A stretch of 64,000 nt of DNA from an uncultured virus (IMG/VR IMGVR_UViG_3300042465_003390) (taxonomy: Duplodnaviria; Heunggongvirae; Uroviricota; Caudoviricetes): IMG/VR virus record IMGVR_UViG_3300042465_003390; one strand, given 5' to 3'. Position 1 is the first letter of the stretch; the number at the start of each line of letters is the position of its first letter. Of this stretch, positions 19,131-28,103 are shown piece by piece. Below the pieces are notes generated by a model. That model did no database searches. It was not told the origin of the DNA and saw nothing but the letters and a program-made list of their open reading frames with translations. The translations under genes were made by a program, and so were the position numbers.

Positions 19131-19192
19131 TATATATATAATACTTACTACGTCTTCCGACTTATATACACTATACATAACGTCTTCCGACT
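19131..19192. repeat. Dispersed repeat copy 1: (TA)5 + two ACGTCTTCCGACT units
   Basis: Matches 33861-33919; CGTCTTCCG units are 30 bp apart in both copies. Confidence 0.85.
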
Positions 19193-19406
19193 CCTTAACG
19201 TCTATACGTCGTTCGCGCGCATGCGCGAGAAAAGTTCAAAAGAACTTCTTACACCAAAAGAGTTTTGTCACACGACATTGTGGCATCTCATGTCTGGCAC
19301 CTTGTTGAGCAAAGGGCTCGATTCGTGTATATCTTTGATGGTCTGAGGCGGGAGACTCAGGCGGTAGAGCCGCCATGGAAGTCGTCCCAATCTCGGAGAA
19401 CATCAA

Positions 19407-19871
19407 ATGATCGACCCAATTACCGCCTTGTCCGTCGCAGCAAGTGCCGTGTCTAACATCCAGTCGCTCATTTCTGCAGGGCGTGACGCCACCCAAGCCA
19501 TGTCGAAGTTCGCTGGTGCCTACGCGGACATCAACTACGCCGCCGAAAAAGCCCAAAACCCACCATGGTGGAAGTTCGGTGGCTCCGCCGAAGAAGAAGC
19601 CATGAACATCTTTGCTGCACAGAAGAAGGTGCAGCAGATGAAGAAGGACGTTGAGACAATGATTGGCTACACATACGGCCATGACGGTCTGGAAGAGTAC
19701 AAAGAAACCATCCGGCGCGTCCGTAAGCAACGCCAAGACAACGAATACCGCAAAGCAGAACTTGTCGAGGCACTCATCCTTTGGAGTGTCGGCATAGTCG
19801 CCGTTATCTGCGCGGCCCTCATCCTCGCAGCCGTCGTCTACTTCATCGGAAAAGCCAGAGGTAACTGGTAA
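19407..19871 (+). CDS. Hypothetical membrane-anchored protein on the opposite strand between terS and terL
   Basis: GGAG RBS; MIDPIT N-terminus; C-terminal transmembrane helix. Confidence 0.75.
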   Translation: MIDPITALSVAASAVSNIQSLISAGRDATQAMSKFAGAYADINYAAEKAQNPPWWKFGGSAEEEAMNIFAAQKKVQQMKKDVETMIGYTYGHDGLEEYKETIRRVRKQRQDNEYRKAELVEALILWSVGIVAVICAALILAAVVYFIGKARGNW

Positions 19872-20145
19872 ACCGCGCATCTCACGCACGGCACCCAACT
19901 TCGTAGGGTCAAAACAAAAAAAAACACCCGCCTCCCAGACCTGCAGCCGTTAAGAGCTTGCAGTTGCGTTGGCGGGTAATCCCAGACGACACGCTTTGTG
20001 TAAAAAGTTCAAAGAAATAGCATAACAGTTTTGAATTTTAGCCAAAAATACTACCGGGGGGTGTAGGATTCCTTGCCATGTCCAGTGTTTTTCCGGGTTT
20101 TTACCTATCTCCGGTTGAGTAGTGAAAAATAAAGGGGGGGGTAGG

Positions 20146-20222
20146 GGTGTTTTGGGAGTGTTTGGTAATTGTTTGAGCGGAGAAAGGTGTTTTGGGAGAA
20201 TTTAGTAATTGCTTGAGCGGAG
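20146..20222. repeat. Tandem repeat (2 x 37 nt, 40-nt period) in a G-run-rich intergenic region
   Basis: GGTGTTTTGGGAGTGTTTGGTAATTGTTTGAGCGGAG / GGTGTTTTGGGAGAATTTAGTAATTGCTTGAGCGGAG. Confidence 0.8.
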
Positions 20223-20562
20223 CATCATGTATGTCTCGGCCATCGGCCAGCCCGCGATCAGGGGGGGTGGGGGTAGGTGGGGGTCGCCCCATGGCCGTTT
20301 CCGTCGTGGGCCGACCGTCCTGCCGCCGCTGCACCGTGCCGAGGTCTGGGCGCAAGTGTCTCAGGCTGCGACACATGGCCAGCAGATGCGCCGCAGATGC
20401 ACCGTAGACGCGCTGTGCTGCCCGGCAGATGGCCACGTCGATGCTGTCTGCGGTCACCCTACCTGACAGCACGCACCGCTGCTGTACGGCCCGCGTTTGC
20501 AGTGTGAGGGAACAAGAGACACCCCCCCCGCCAAGACCCCCCCTGCCAGAAGTGCAATTGAA

Positions 20563-21114
20563 CTATCCCATCAGCCTGTTGATCCGCTGCTCCAGTTCAG
20601 CACGGATGCTGTCTGCATCACGCGGTGTCTTGTCCTCGGTCTCAACCCGATCAACAAACAGGCCCAGCGTCTTGCCCAGCAGTTCCAATGCACGCACCTG
20701 TGTGCCGTCAGCAGTATCGCCCCGGACACCGATTCCTTCCAGCTTTTCAATCACGCGCTCCGCTCGAGAGAGCCGCTGCATGCGCTGTTCTGCTTGTTTT
20801 TCCCTCTCTGCCCTTTCCAACCTCTGGGCAATCTTAGGGTTTGTCGCCAGCTTGTACGCCTCTTGATGGATGCTTGCTGCACTCATGTTTGATGCGTCAT
20901 AGGCCTCGCGGTATGCGTCACTGAAACCTTTGCCGTTGAGGATGGCCATGCAGAACGCCTCCTGCTTGGCTGTGAGGCCTTCGCTGTTCACTGGCGTCTT
21001 TGGGCCGCTGGTCTTTGGCTGGCCTTTGTATGCCCTTCCCCTTGGGGTCTTGGCCTCTGTGTTGGTGCCTGTGTTCGACGTGTCGGACACCACTGTCAGT
21101 GTTGGTTTGTTCAT
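20563..21114 (-). CDS. terS: Terminase small subunit
   Basis: GLTAKQEAFC.......SDAYREAY HTH and RALELLGK.LGLF motifs. Confidence 0.8.
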   Translation of the reverse strand: MNKPTLTVVSDTSNTGTNTEAKTPRGRAYKGQPKTSGPKTPVNSEGLTAKQEAFCMAILNGKGFSDAYREAYDASNMSAASIHQEAYKLATNPKIAQRLERAEREKQAEQRMQRLSRAERVIEKLEGIGVRGDTADGTQVRALELLGKTLGLFVDRVETEDKTPRDADSIRAELEQRINRLMG

Positions 21115-21339
21115 CGATTTGTCCTGCGCTGCGCTGGGCTTTCGGGGTTTGATGCATTCAACCCCATGAATGTTTGGGGTGATTCGTTTTGGCTGATCTG
21201 GCCCCAGCGTGATGCCAGAAAAAGTTCCAACGAACTTTCAACATCCTACACGTTCCCGGTTTTTTTGCCATCCCAAACCCCTGTGATGATTGGGCTTTCT
21301 GCCATGCTGCATGTAAGGGGAAACAAGGGAACATAGGTG

Positions 21340-21368
21340 TTGACAAGGGTGCGAAAGGGAACTAAGTC
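21340..21368 (+). promoter_or_regulatory. Putative sigma70 early promoter
   Basis: TTGACA-17 bp-TAAGTC at the head of the plus-strand early gene cluster. Confidence 0.55.
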
Positions 21369-21740
21369 TATTGGTGTCGGAAGGGACGGCGCGGCACTTG
21401 GCCCCCCCACCCTGACCCCGGCACCGCCGCCACGATCCAGCGGAATTGACATAAAGGCCTCGCACGGCCAGCAGGATCAGGTTCTCGCCTAGCGCGGATT
21501 GGACAGGGGCTTTCGCCCGGCAGTCTGATCGGCCCACAAAGCGGGGTCTTCCCACCAAACGGGGTGCAGCACTGATGCTCAGGTGATCGCTTAAAACACG
21601 GTCTGGTATCGGAAGGGACACAACGGCTCTGCGTTGCGCAGGTTAGTCCCCCAGAGAACGGCAGAGGTGTTTGAGATTGAACAATTCGAACGGCCCTTTG
21701 GTGGGCCGTTTTGGTGGCTCAATCAACTGGAGGAAACACC

Positions 21741-21908
21741 ATGACTGCGAAGATGATTCTTGAGAATGCAGCCCGCACCCTGCGAGCGAACTATCCCGGT
21801 GCAGCAGAACGCTGCGCTGGCCTGATCGAGGCCTATGCCATCAAGGCTGGCGTGTCGCTGGCTGAGGCTGAGCGTCGGGCAATCATGCTCGACTGCGCCC
21901 TGAACTGA
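21741..21908 (+). CDS. Early hypothetical protein
   Basis: GGAGG RBS; ATG 21741. Confidence 0.65.
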   Translation: MTAKMILENAARTLRANYPGAAERCAGLIEAYAIKAGVSLAEAERRAIMLDCALN

Positions 21909-21919
21909 GGAGACTGACC

Positions 21920-22084
21920 ATGACGTACTATGAAAGCGCCGAGGGCGAGATGATCACCCAAGCCCGCGCCCTGAAAGAGATCGCCGACCATGGCCTGAGC
22001 GATGAGATCGGCACCTTCATCGACGACATGGGCGACCACCCGCAATACGCCGCGCAGGATGTCCTGCAGTGGCTTGGATACTGA
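21920..22084 (+). CDS. Early hypothetical protein (54 aa)
   Basis: Manual translation MTYYESAEGEMITQARALKEIADHG...DVLQWLGY; AGGAG RBS. Confidence 0.7.
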   Translation: MTYYESAEGEMITQARALKEIADHGLSDEIGTFIDDMGDHPQYAAQDVLQWLGY

Positions 22085-22100
22085 CCCAAAGGAGACCGAC

Positions 22101-22307
22101 ATGGATGAACTGATCCGCGCTGTTCGCGACCACGCCAACGCCAACTGGGGCAAGGGTGGCTGGGACTTTCTGGCCGAGTGCTGGAGTGATGAAGATATCG
22201 GCATCGCCATTGGCGCTGCCAAGACGCCCAAGGCTGCTATCGCTGCCTGCAAGCGGCAGGTGAAGGTGCTGGACGATCATCGTCGCGAGATGAGCGCCTG
22301 CTGGTGA
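22101..22307 (+). CDS. Early hypothetical protein
   Basis: AGGAG RBS; MDELIRAVRDHANANWGKGGWD. Confidence 0.7.
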   Translation: MDELIRAVRDHANANWGKGGWDFLAECWSDEDIGIAIGAAKTPKAAIAACKRQVKVLDDHRREMSACW

Positions 22308-22370
22308 CATTCCGGTGCGCAGCCTTGAGGGGCTGCCATCCAGAATGCCAATCAACAAAGGAGACTGACC

Positions 22371-22814
22371 ATGCTTTACCACGTCTACAAGCTGCACCTG
22401 TCCGACGCCGTTTCCGCTGCCGTCAACGCCAAGGGCTGGGACGGATCGCCGGAGGGCGCTGCCTACAGCCGCCTGCAATTCGCCAAGGGCGACAACCCCG
22501 AGATGCCCATGCACGTCATGTGCGCTGCGCTGATCGGCCTGTACCACCACGGCCTGACGGTCGATGCACCCAGCATTGTCGCCGTGTTCGACTACGACAA
22601 CGGCGCGCCGTTCGACACGGGTGTCCAGCCCATCTACCACTGCCGTGGGCTGCATTCGTTGTCGGTTGGTGATGTGGTCGTCAGCAAAGACGGCGTGTCG
22701 GTGTGCTGTTCCCACGGCTGGGCGTCACTGCCGAAACATGCTGCCCTCGCCTTCGCGGTGATGTCACAGCGGATCGCCTGCCAGCGCCCCAACGCACTGC
22801 CCGTTGCAGCGTGA
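22371..22814 (+). CDS. Early hypothetical protein (HSLSVGDVV motif, YodL-like)
   Basis: AGGAG RBS; HSLSVGDVV motif. Confidence 0.65.
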   Translation: MLYHVYKLHLSDAVSAAVNAKGWDGSPEGAAYSRLQFAKGDNPEMPMHVMCAALIGLYHHGLTVDAPSIVAVFDYDNGAPFDTGVQPIYHCRGLHSLSVGDVVVSKDGVSVCCSHGWASLPKHAALAFAVMSQRIACQRPNALPVAA

Positions 22815-22892
22815 CCTTCCGGTGACCAGCCCTGCGGGGCTGGCATCCCGAGGATCACCCTCGTTTTTAGACAGCCAGATGGAGGAACCCAG

Positions 22893-23573
22893 ATGTCTAA
22901 GTTCATTATCGCCGACGAAACCATCAACGTGATTAATGCCGCCGAGGCCGAGATCGCTGGCCTTAAGGCCGACAACAAGGCGAACAACGAAGTCGCCAAC
23001 AGCCGCAAGATCGGTGCCTACTGCGAACTGATCGCCAGCATCGCCCCGGTCAAGCTGGTCAAGGGCAACCTGCCCCGCGCCGTCAGCAAGGCACTGCGTG
23101 CCGCCCTGCTTGAAGAGGCGGGCCTGAAGGAGGCAACCGCCAAGCGTTACATTGAAAACAGCGTGGGTGCTGTGCGCCTGTTCGATCTGGGCGGGATGTC
23201 CAACGCGACCCCCCAGATGGTGCGCGAGTTCTTCGACGGCAACGGCATCGACAGCGAGAACAAGCTGGCCAAGGCCGTGAAGGGCGAGGCTGAGAAGTCC
23301 AAGGCACAGATGCTGGCGGAACAGGTGGTCGGCAAGTGGTCGAGCGCCAAGGACGAAGACGGCAAGGTTGTCCAAGGCAACGTCTTCAAGGATGGCCTGT
23401 CCGACGAAGAACTGGACGAGTTCCAGAACGCGATGCGCGAGTTGATGGCGGCGCGTCGTGCCTACCGCAACAGCGATGCTGCCAAGGCGGCACAGGCTGG
23501 TGCTGGTGCGGAGAACGAAACCGTGGACGCTGCCGTCGCTGCCTTCGTCGCCGAGGGCTTGGGTGAGTTCTGA
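22893..23573 (+). CDS. Early hypothetical helical protein
   Basis: GGAGG RBS; 226 aa; strong codon bias. Confidence 0.75.
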   Translation: MSKFIIADETINVINAAEAEIAGLKADNKANNEVANSRKIGAYCELIASIAPVKLVKGNLPRAVSKALRAALLEEAGLKEATAKRYIENSVGAVRLFDLGGMSNATPQMVREFFDGNGIDSENKLAKAVKGEAEKSKAQMLAEQVVGKWSSAKDEDGKVVQGNVFKDGLSDEELDEFQNAMRELMAARRAYRNSDAAKAAQAGAGAENETVDAAVAAFVAEGLGEF

Positions 23574-23631
23574 TCTATCGGTGTCTGGCCCTGCGGGGCC
23601 AGTATCCCATGGAACAGAAAGGAGATGTGAC

Positions 23632-23805
23632 ATGTTCGTCAAACAAAGCGTGATCCGCGACCCGCGAGGGAATGAACACACCCGTTGTGAGTTCGAAAGC
23701 TTCGAAGACCTCGAAGAGTACTTCATCAAGGAACTGTTGGGCCGCAGCGACCTGCGGTCAAAGGTGATCGGCAAGGTGCTGATCTGGGGAAGGAAGGAAG
23801 AGTGA
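23632..23805 (+). CDS. Early hypothetical protein
   Basis: AGGAG RBS; MFVKQSVIRDP. Confidence 0.6.
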   Translation: MFVKQSVIRDPRGNEHTRCEFESFEDLEEYFIKELLGRSDLRSKVIGKVLIWGRKEE

Positions 23806-24257
23806 CAATGAAAATAGTTTACTTCGACATGGACGGCGTCCTTGCGGATTTTGCCGCAGGGCTTGCCGCTGTGCGGCCAGAGGTGCGGGAGCGTTACGCG
23901 GGTGAGGAAGACAACATCCCCCACCTGTTCAGTGATCTGCCGCCCATCGATGGCGGCATTGAGGCGTTCCACAAGCTGTCTGAGGTGTACGATGTGTACA
24001 TTCTTTCGACGGCCCCTTGGGGGAACGTCTCTGCGTGGAGCGACAAGGCTGCTTGGGTGCGGCGGCACTTGGGTGAGGCCGCAAAGAAGCGGTTGATCCT
24101 GAGCCATAACAAGCACCTCAACATTGGTGACTACCTGATCGATGACAGAACGGCCAACGGCGCAGGCAAGTTCACCGGAATGCACATCCACTTTGGAACG
24201 GAACGCTTCCCCGACTGGGACAGCGTTGTTTCCTACCTTTTGGGAGAAGCGAAATGA
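23802..24257 (+). CDS. 5'(3')-deoxyribonucleotidase (NT5C, HAD family)
   Basis: YFDMDGVLADF, ILSTAPW, K..WV, GDYLIDDR. Confidence 0.85.
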   Translation: MTMKIVYFDMDGVLADFAAGLAAVRPEVRERYAGEEDNIPHLFSDLPPIDGGIEAFHKLSEVYDVYILSTAPWGNVSAWSDKAAWVRRHLGEAAKKRLILSHNKHLNIGDYLIDDRTANGAGKFTGMHIHFGTERFPDWDSVVSYLLGEAK

Positions 24258-24592
24258 CCTACACATTCCACCACGATGACGGCCACGGCTGGCTTGAGGT
24301 GCCGTATCAGGACATGCTGAACGTCGGTGTGACGCTCGAAGACGTGTCGCGGTTCAGCTACGCTGTCGTCAAGAACCACAAGCCCACGGTCTTCCTCGAA
24401 GAAGACATCGACATTGGGGTGTTCATGCTGGCCATGAAGAAGGCTGGCAAGCCCGTCAAGTGGAAGCACAAGGATGTCGCTGGCAGCAGCGTGATCCGCA
24501 CCTACCCCATGAACATCAAGGGCAAGCGGTTCTCCGGCGAGGAGATCGGCGCGCTGTTCAAGGCCTGCGAAGAAGTGGGGGTGTTCGCATGA
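24254..24592 (+). CDS. Conserved hypothetical phage protein
   Basis: F..D.GHGWL.V...S.FSY...FLEED.D. Confidence 0.7.
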   Translation: MTYTFHHDDGHGWLEVPYQDMLNVGVTLEDVSRFSYAVVKNHKPTVFLEEDIDIGVFMLAMKKAGKPVKWKHKDVAGSSVIRTYPMNIKGKRFSGEEIGALFKACEEVGVFA

Positions 24593-24733
24593 TGCGCGAG
24601 ATCGCAGAACTTCTGGCCTTCAAGGTCGTGGTGCTGATCATCATGTTCGCCATGCTGTCGATGCCTGACACATGGTGAAAAGTTCAAACGAACTAAACGG
24701 GAGATCGAAATGCGAACTAAACGGGAGATCGAA

Positions 24734-24976
24734 ATGGAACAGATGCAAAAGACACTCGCTCAGATCGATTTGATCGCGCGTGACGCCATCGAGCACGGCG
24801 GACACGAAGAAGACATCGACATTGGGGTGTTCATGCTGGCCATGAAAAAGGCTGAGATGCAAGAGACACTCGATCAGATCGAGTTGATCGTGCGTGACGC
24901 CATCCAGCACGGCGGACATGCCTTGGCCCTCGTCAACATCCTGCGTGAATTGCAAGCACACAAGGAGCGCGCGTAA
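24734..24976 (+). CDS. Chimeric, internally duplicated hypothetical protein
   Basis: Two copies of MQ.TL.QI.LI.RDAI.HGGH separated by a segment copied from the gene at 24254-24592. Confidence 0.6.
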   Translation: MEQMQKTLAQIDLIARDAIEHGGHEEDIDIGVFMLAMKKAEMQETLDQIELIVRDAIQHGGHALALVNILRELQAHKERA

Positions 24977-25518
24977 TGGAATACGAAGAGATCGTTGAGG
25001 CGCTGAAGCCCATGATCGAGTGGAACGATTTCGCCCACAGCCTGCTGTTACAGTACCAGCGCAAGGGCGAACTGTCGGAGCGCCAGTGGGACGCAGCCGA
25101 GCGCATGATCCTGAAGGTCAAGCAGACAGCAACGCAGAAGCAGGACATGACGCGGGCCGTCGATGTGTCGCGCATCAAAGACCTGCTCCTGCACGCCAAG
25201 GTGAAGAAGCCTGTGTTCCGCGCTGCGGCTCTGGCCTTTTCGCTGGCACCCACCAACGGCAAGAACGCTGGCGCTGTCTACGTCAAGCGCGGGCCTGACT
25301 ACCAAGGCAAGATCACGGGCAGCATGTTCGTGCCAGCCAAGACCTGTGCCTCTGACGTGCCTGACAACGTTGTCGCTGTGGCGCGTGACCCGAAAGGTGA
25401 GGCCGTCAAGCACGGCAAGCTGACCGGGCAATGCTCATGCTGTGGTCGGCCACTGACCGACCCTGTGTCCATCGAACTGGGGATCGGGCCTATCTGCCTG
25501 CACAATTGGAGCCTGTGA
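24976..25518 (+). CDS. DUF6011-like zinc-finger protein
   Basis: C-terminal CSCCGRPLTDPVSIELGIGPIC. Confidence 0.75.
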   Translation: MEYEEIVEALKPMIEWNDFAHSLLLQYQRKGELSERQWDAAERMILKVKQTATQKQDMTRAVDVSRIKDLLLHAKVKKPVFRAAALAFSLAPTNGKNAGAVYVKRGPDYQGKITGSMFVPAKTCASDVPDNVVAVARDPKGEAVKHGKLTGQCSCCGRPLTDPVSIELGIGPICLHNWSL

Positions 25519-25877
25519 TGAAGCTAGACAGCATCGAGAGACTGCAAAGCCAAGCCATCGATTACATGCAGAAAGGCGCAGCAATGCGCCTTGCTTGGGC
25601 GTGGATTGCGCAGGATCACTGGGTGCGCCGTAACTATGGCCCCGTGACCATCAAAGACCTGTCGCACGCCTTGAAAGATGCACATGCCTGCGTCCGGGTG
25701 GCGCGTCATCATGAGAAACAAAAGGCACTGGCTGACAAAGACCCGCGCGTTGTGGCGCTGCGAGAGCAACGCGCCATGCTCGAAAACAAATCGTTTCGCA
25801 CCAGCATCCGCGAGGATCAGCGGCAGATCGATCAACAAATCAATAACATCATCAGAGAACTGGAGACCGCACAATGA
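25518..25877 (+). CDS. Hypothetical protein
   Basis: Coupled ORF. Confidence 0.6.
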   Translation: MKLDSIERLQSQAIDYMQKGAAMRLAWAWIAQDHWVRRNYGPVTIKDLSHALKDAHACVRVARHHEKQKALADKDPRVVALREQRAMLENKSFRTSIREDQRQIDQQINNIIRELETAQ

Positions 25878-26893
25878 AACTTTCCCAAGCACAGGCCATC
25901 ATCGAGAAGGCCATTGCCCACGCCCTAAGCCTGAAGAACGCCCGCGATGCACAGTACGTCGTGCCCTACCTGATCGGCGGTGCTGGCCTTGGTAAGACCA
26001 CCATCGTCAAGGATGTGGCCGCTGCCATGGACATGGAGTGCAGCATCCTGTCGCTGGCACAATACGATGCTGGCGAGTTGGGCGGCTGGCCTGTCCCATC
26101 AAAGGACGGCGAGAGCATGATCCGCATGCGGCCAGATTGGATGCCGACGAAAGGCACAGGCGTTTTGTTCCTCGACGAACTGCCACAGGCACCCACCGCC
26201 AACCAGAACATCGCAGCACAGATCGTCAACGAACGCCGGGTCGGCCCTCACCAACTGCCCGAGGGGTGGGTGATCGTCGCAGCGGGCAACCGGATGTCGG
26301 ATCGTGCGGGCACCAACAACATGCCGTCACACCTCAAGGATCGCCTCATGTTCCTCGAAGTCGAAGCCGATCTCGAAGACACGATCAAGTACTTCTACTC
26401 AAAGCGGATCGACGAGCGGGTGTGTGCCTTCCTTCGCTTCCGCCCCGAGTGGCTGCACAAGTTCGACCGTGACGCGAACGCATGCGCCTCACCCCGTTCG
26501 TGGGAGCGCGTGTCATCGATCATGTCGTGGGGCCTCGAACCAGTGAACCAGCTTGAGGCTCTGGCTGGGCAGGTCGGGCGCGCAGCAACGGCTGACTTCG
26601 CTGGCTTCATCAGAATGTACAACACCGTGCCAGACATGGATGAACTGATCGCCAACCCAATGACGGCAATGATCAGCCAAGACCCGGCGGTGATGTACGC
26701 CATCTGCGCTGCGCTGTCGTCCAAGATGAACGCGAAGAACGCGGGCAACGTGATCAAGTACCTGATGCGCCTGCCACAACAGGAGTTCGCGGCCTTCGTG
26801 GTCAAGGATGCACTGTCGCGCGACAAGTCACTGAAGCAGGTCGATCCTGTGCGCGATTGGATCATGAGCGTGGGCAAGAACCTGATCCTGTAA
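25874..26893 (+). CDS. MoxR-like AAA+ ATPase
   Basis: GGAGLGKT, LFLDEL, IVAAGNR, SPRSWE. Confidence 0.85.
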   Translation: MKLSQAQAIIEKAIAHALSLKNARDAQYVVPYLIGGAGLGKTTIVKDVAAAMDMECSILSLAQYDAGELGGWPVPSKDGESMIRMRPDWMPTKGTGVLFLDELPQAPTANQNIAAQIVNERRVGPHQLPEGWVIVAAGNRMSDRAGTNNMPSHLKDRLMFLEVEADLEDTIKYFYSKRIDERVCAFLRFRPEWLHKFDRDANACASPRSWERVSSIMSWGLEPVNQLEALAGQVGRAATADFAGFIRMYNTVPDMDELIANPMTAMISQDPAVMYAICAALSSKMNAKNAGNVIKYLMRLPQQEFAAFVVKDALSRDKSLKQVDPVRDWIMSVGKNLIL

Positions 26894-26960
26894 GCAAAAC
26901 GAAACTCCCGACGAAATTTCGCTGGGGTTTTTAGTTCACTTGAACTTTTTGGAGAGAACA

Positions 26961-28088
26961 ATGGACGCACAAATGAAAATGTCCCGCGCCGTCACGCAAC
27001 TGGTGGTGCGACACCCGTTCTTTGGGTCGGTGTGCCTGTCGATCAGGGTCGCGCCGGATGACAGCATTCCGACCATGTGTACGGACGGATCGTCCATCAT
27101 GTGGTCGCCCTCCTTCGTGGATCGGATGACGCAGGACGAATGCACTGGCGTGCTGGCACATGAGGTCATGCACATCGTCATGAAGCACATGCTGCGGCGC
27201 GGCGAGCGTGATCCGCAGAAATGGAACTACGCCTGCGACTACGTCATCAACCCCATCCTCGTAGAGGCTGGCTTCACCTTGCCAAAGGGTGCCCTGATCG
27301 ATGATCAATACAGCAACCTCAATGCTGAGGCTGCCTATGATCGACTGCCGGATAACGTGGGAGAGAAGGCGCAGGGCAGTGGTTTCGGAGAGGTGACAGA
27401 TGCCAAGGGGAAACAGGGAGAAAGCCTGTCACCCGCAGAACAGCAGCAAATGGAAGCCGACATCGACAGCAAGGTCATGATGGCAGCAAGTTCTGCCAAG
27501 GCTGTCGGCAAACTACCTGCCAAGATTGAACAGATGGTCACGCAAATGAAGCGGGCGCAGGTCGATTGGCGTGACGTGCTGCGTCGGTTCATTGGTGGCG
27601 ACCAGCCCGACGACTACAGCATGCGCCGACCGCAGCGCGCGATGTATCACATGGCAGGCATCGTCGCGCCTTCAATCCAGAGGATCGGTGCTGGCAACGT
27701 GGTGATCGGCATCGACACCAGCGGATCGGTTTCGCATGAGGAACTGACCCAATTCCTCGGCGAGTTGAACGCGATCAGCGAGGACATCATGCCAACGTCG
27801 ATCACCGTCATCACCTGCGACACACATGTGAGGACAGTGCGGCGCTATGAACGCGGCGAAGTGATCGACGACATCCATGTCGGTGGGCGCGGCGGAACGT
27901 CGGTGACCCCGGTGTTCCAGTACATCGAAGAGAACGACATAGAGGTAGATAACATGATTTACTTGAGTGACCTGCAGGTTTGGGACTACCCTGATGTCGA
28001 GCCTGACTATCCAACGCTGTGGGTGTCCAGTTGGAGCCAAGCAACAGCCGCACCTTGGGGCGAGACCACATATCTGCGTGCGGCATAA
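26961..28088 (+). CDS. DUF2201 metallopeptidase + vWA domain protein
   Basis: TMCTDG, AHEVMH, WNYACDY.IN, IDTSGS (MIDAS), GRGGT. Confidence 0.85.
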   Translation: MDAQMKMSRAVTQLVVRHPFFGSVCLSIRVAPDDSIPTMCTDGSSIMWSPSFVDRMTQDECTGVLAHEVMHIVMKHMLRRGERDPQKWNYACDYVINPILVEAGFTLPKGALIDDQYSNLNAEAAYDRLPDNVGEKAQGSGFGEVTDAKGKQGESLSPAEQQQMEADIDSKVMMAASSAKAVGKLPAKIEQMVTQMKRAQVDWRDVLRRFIGGDQPDDYSMRRPQRAMYHMAGIVAPSIQRIGAGNVVIGIDTSGSVSHEELTQFLGELNAISEDIMPTSITVITCDTHVRTVRRYERGEVIDDIHVGGRGGTSVTPVFQYIEENDIEVDNMIYLSDLQVWDYPDVEPDYPTLWVSSWSQATAAPWGETTYLRAA

Positions 28089-28103
28089 TCAAAAGGTACG
28101 AAC

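Noticed and set aside
19005..19178. N-terminal extension of terL given in the ORF track
   Set aside because: It runs through the AT-rich repeat; a strong RBS precedes ATG 19004.
21221..21238. GTTC-N4-GAAC as a known LexA/SOS box
   Set aside because: The Gram-positive box is GAAC-N4-GTTC (opposite arrangement) and the alphaproteobacterial box is the direct repeat GTTC-N7-GTTC; neither matches.
22764..24266. 500-aa minus-strand ORF (also 50396-51613 +, 34530-35306 - and similar)
   Set aside because: These are antisense shadows of well-supported genes in GC-rich, codon-biased DNA, with no RBS or motifs.
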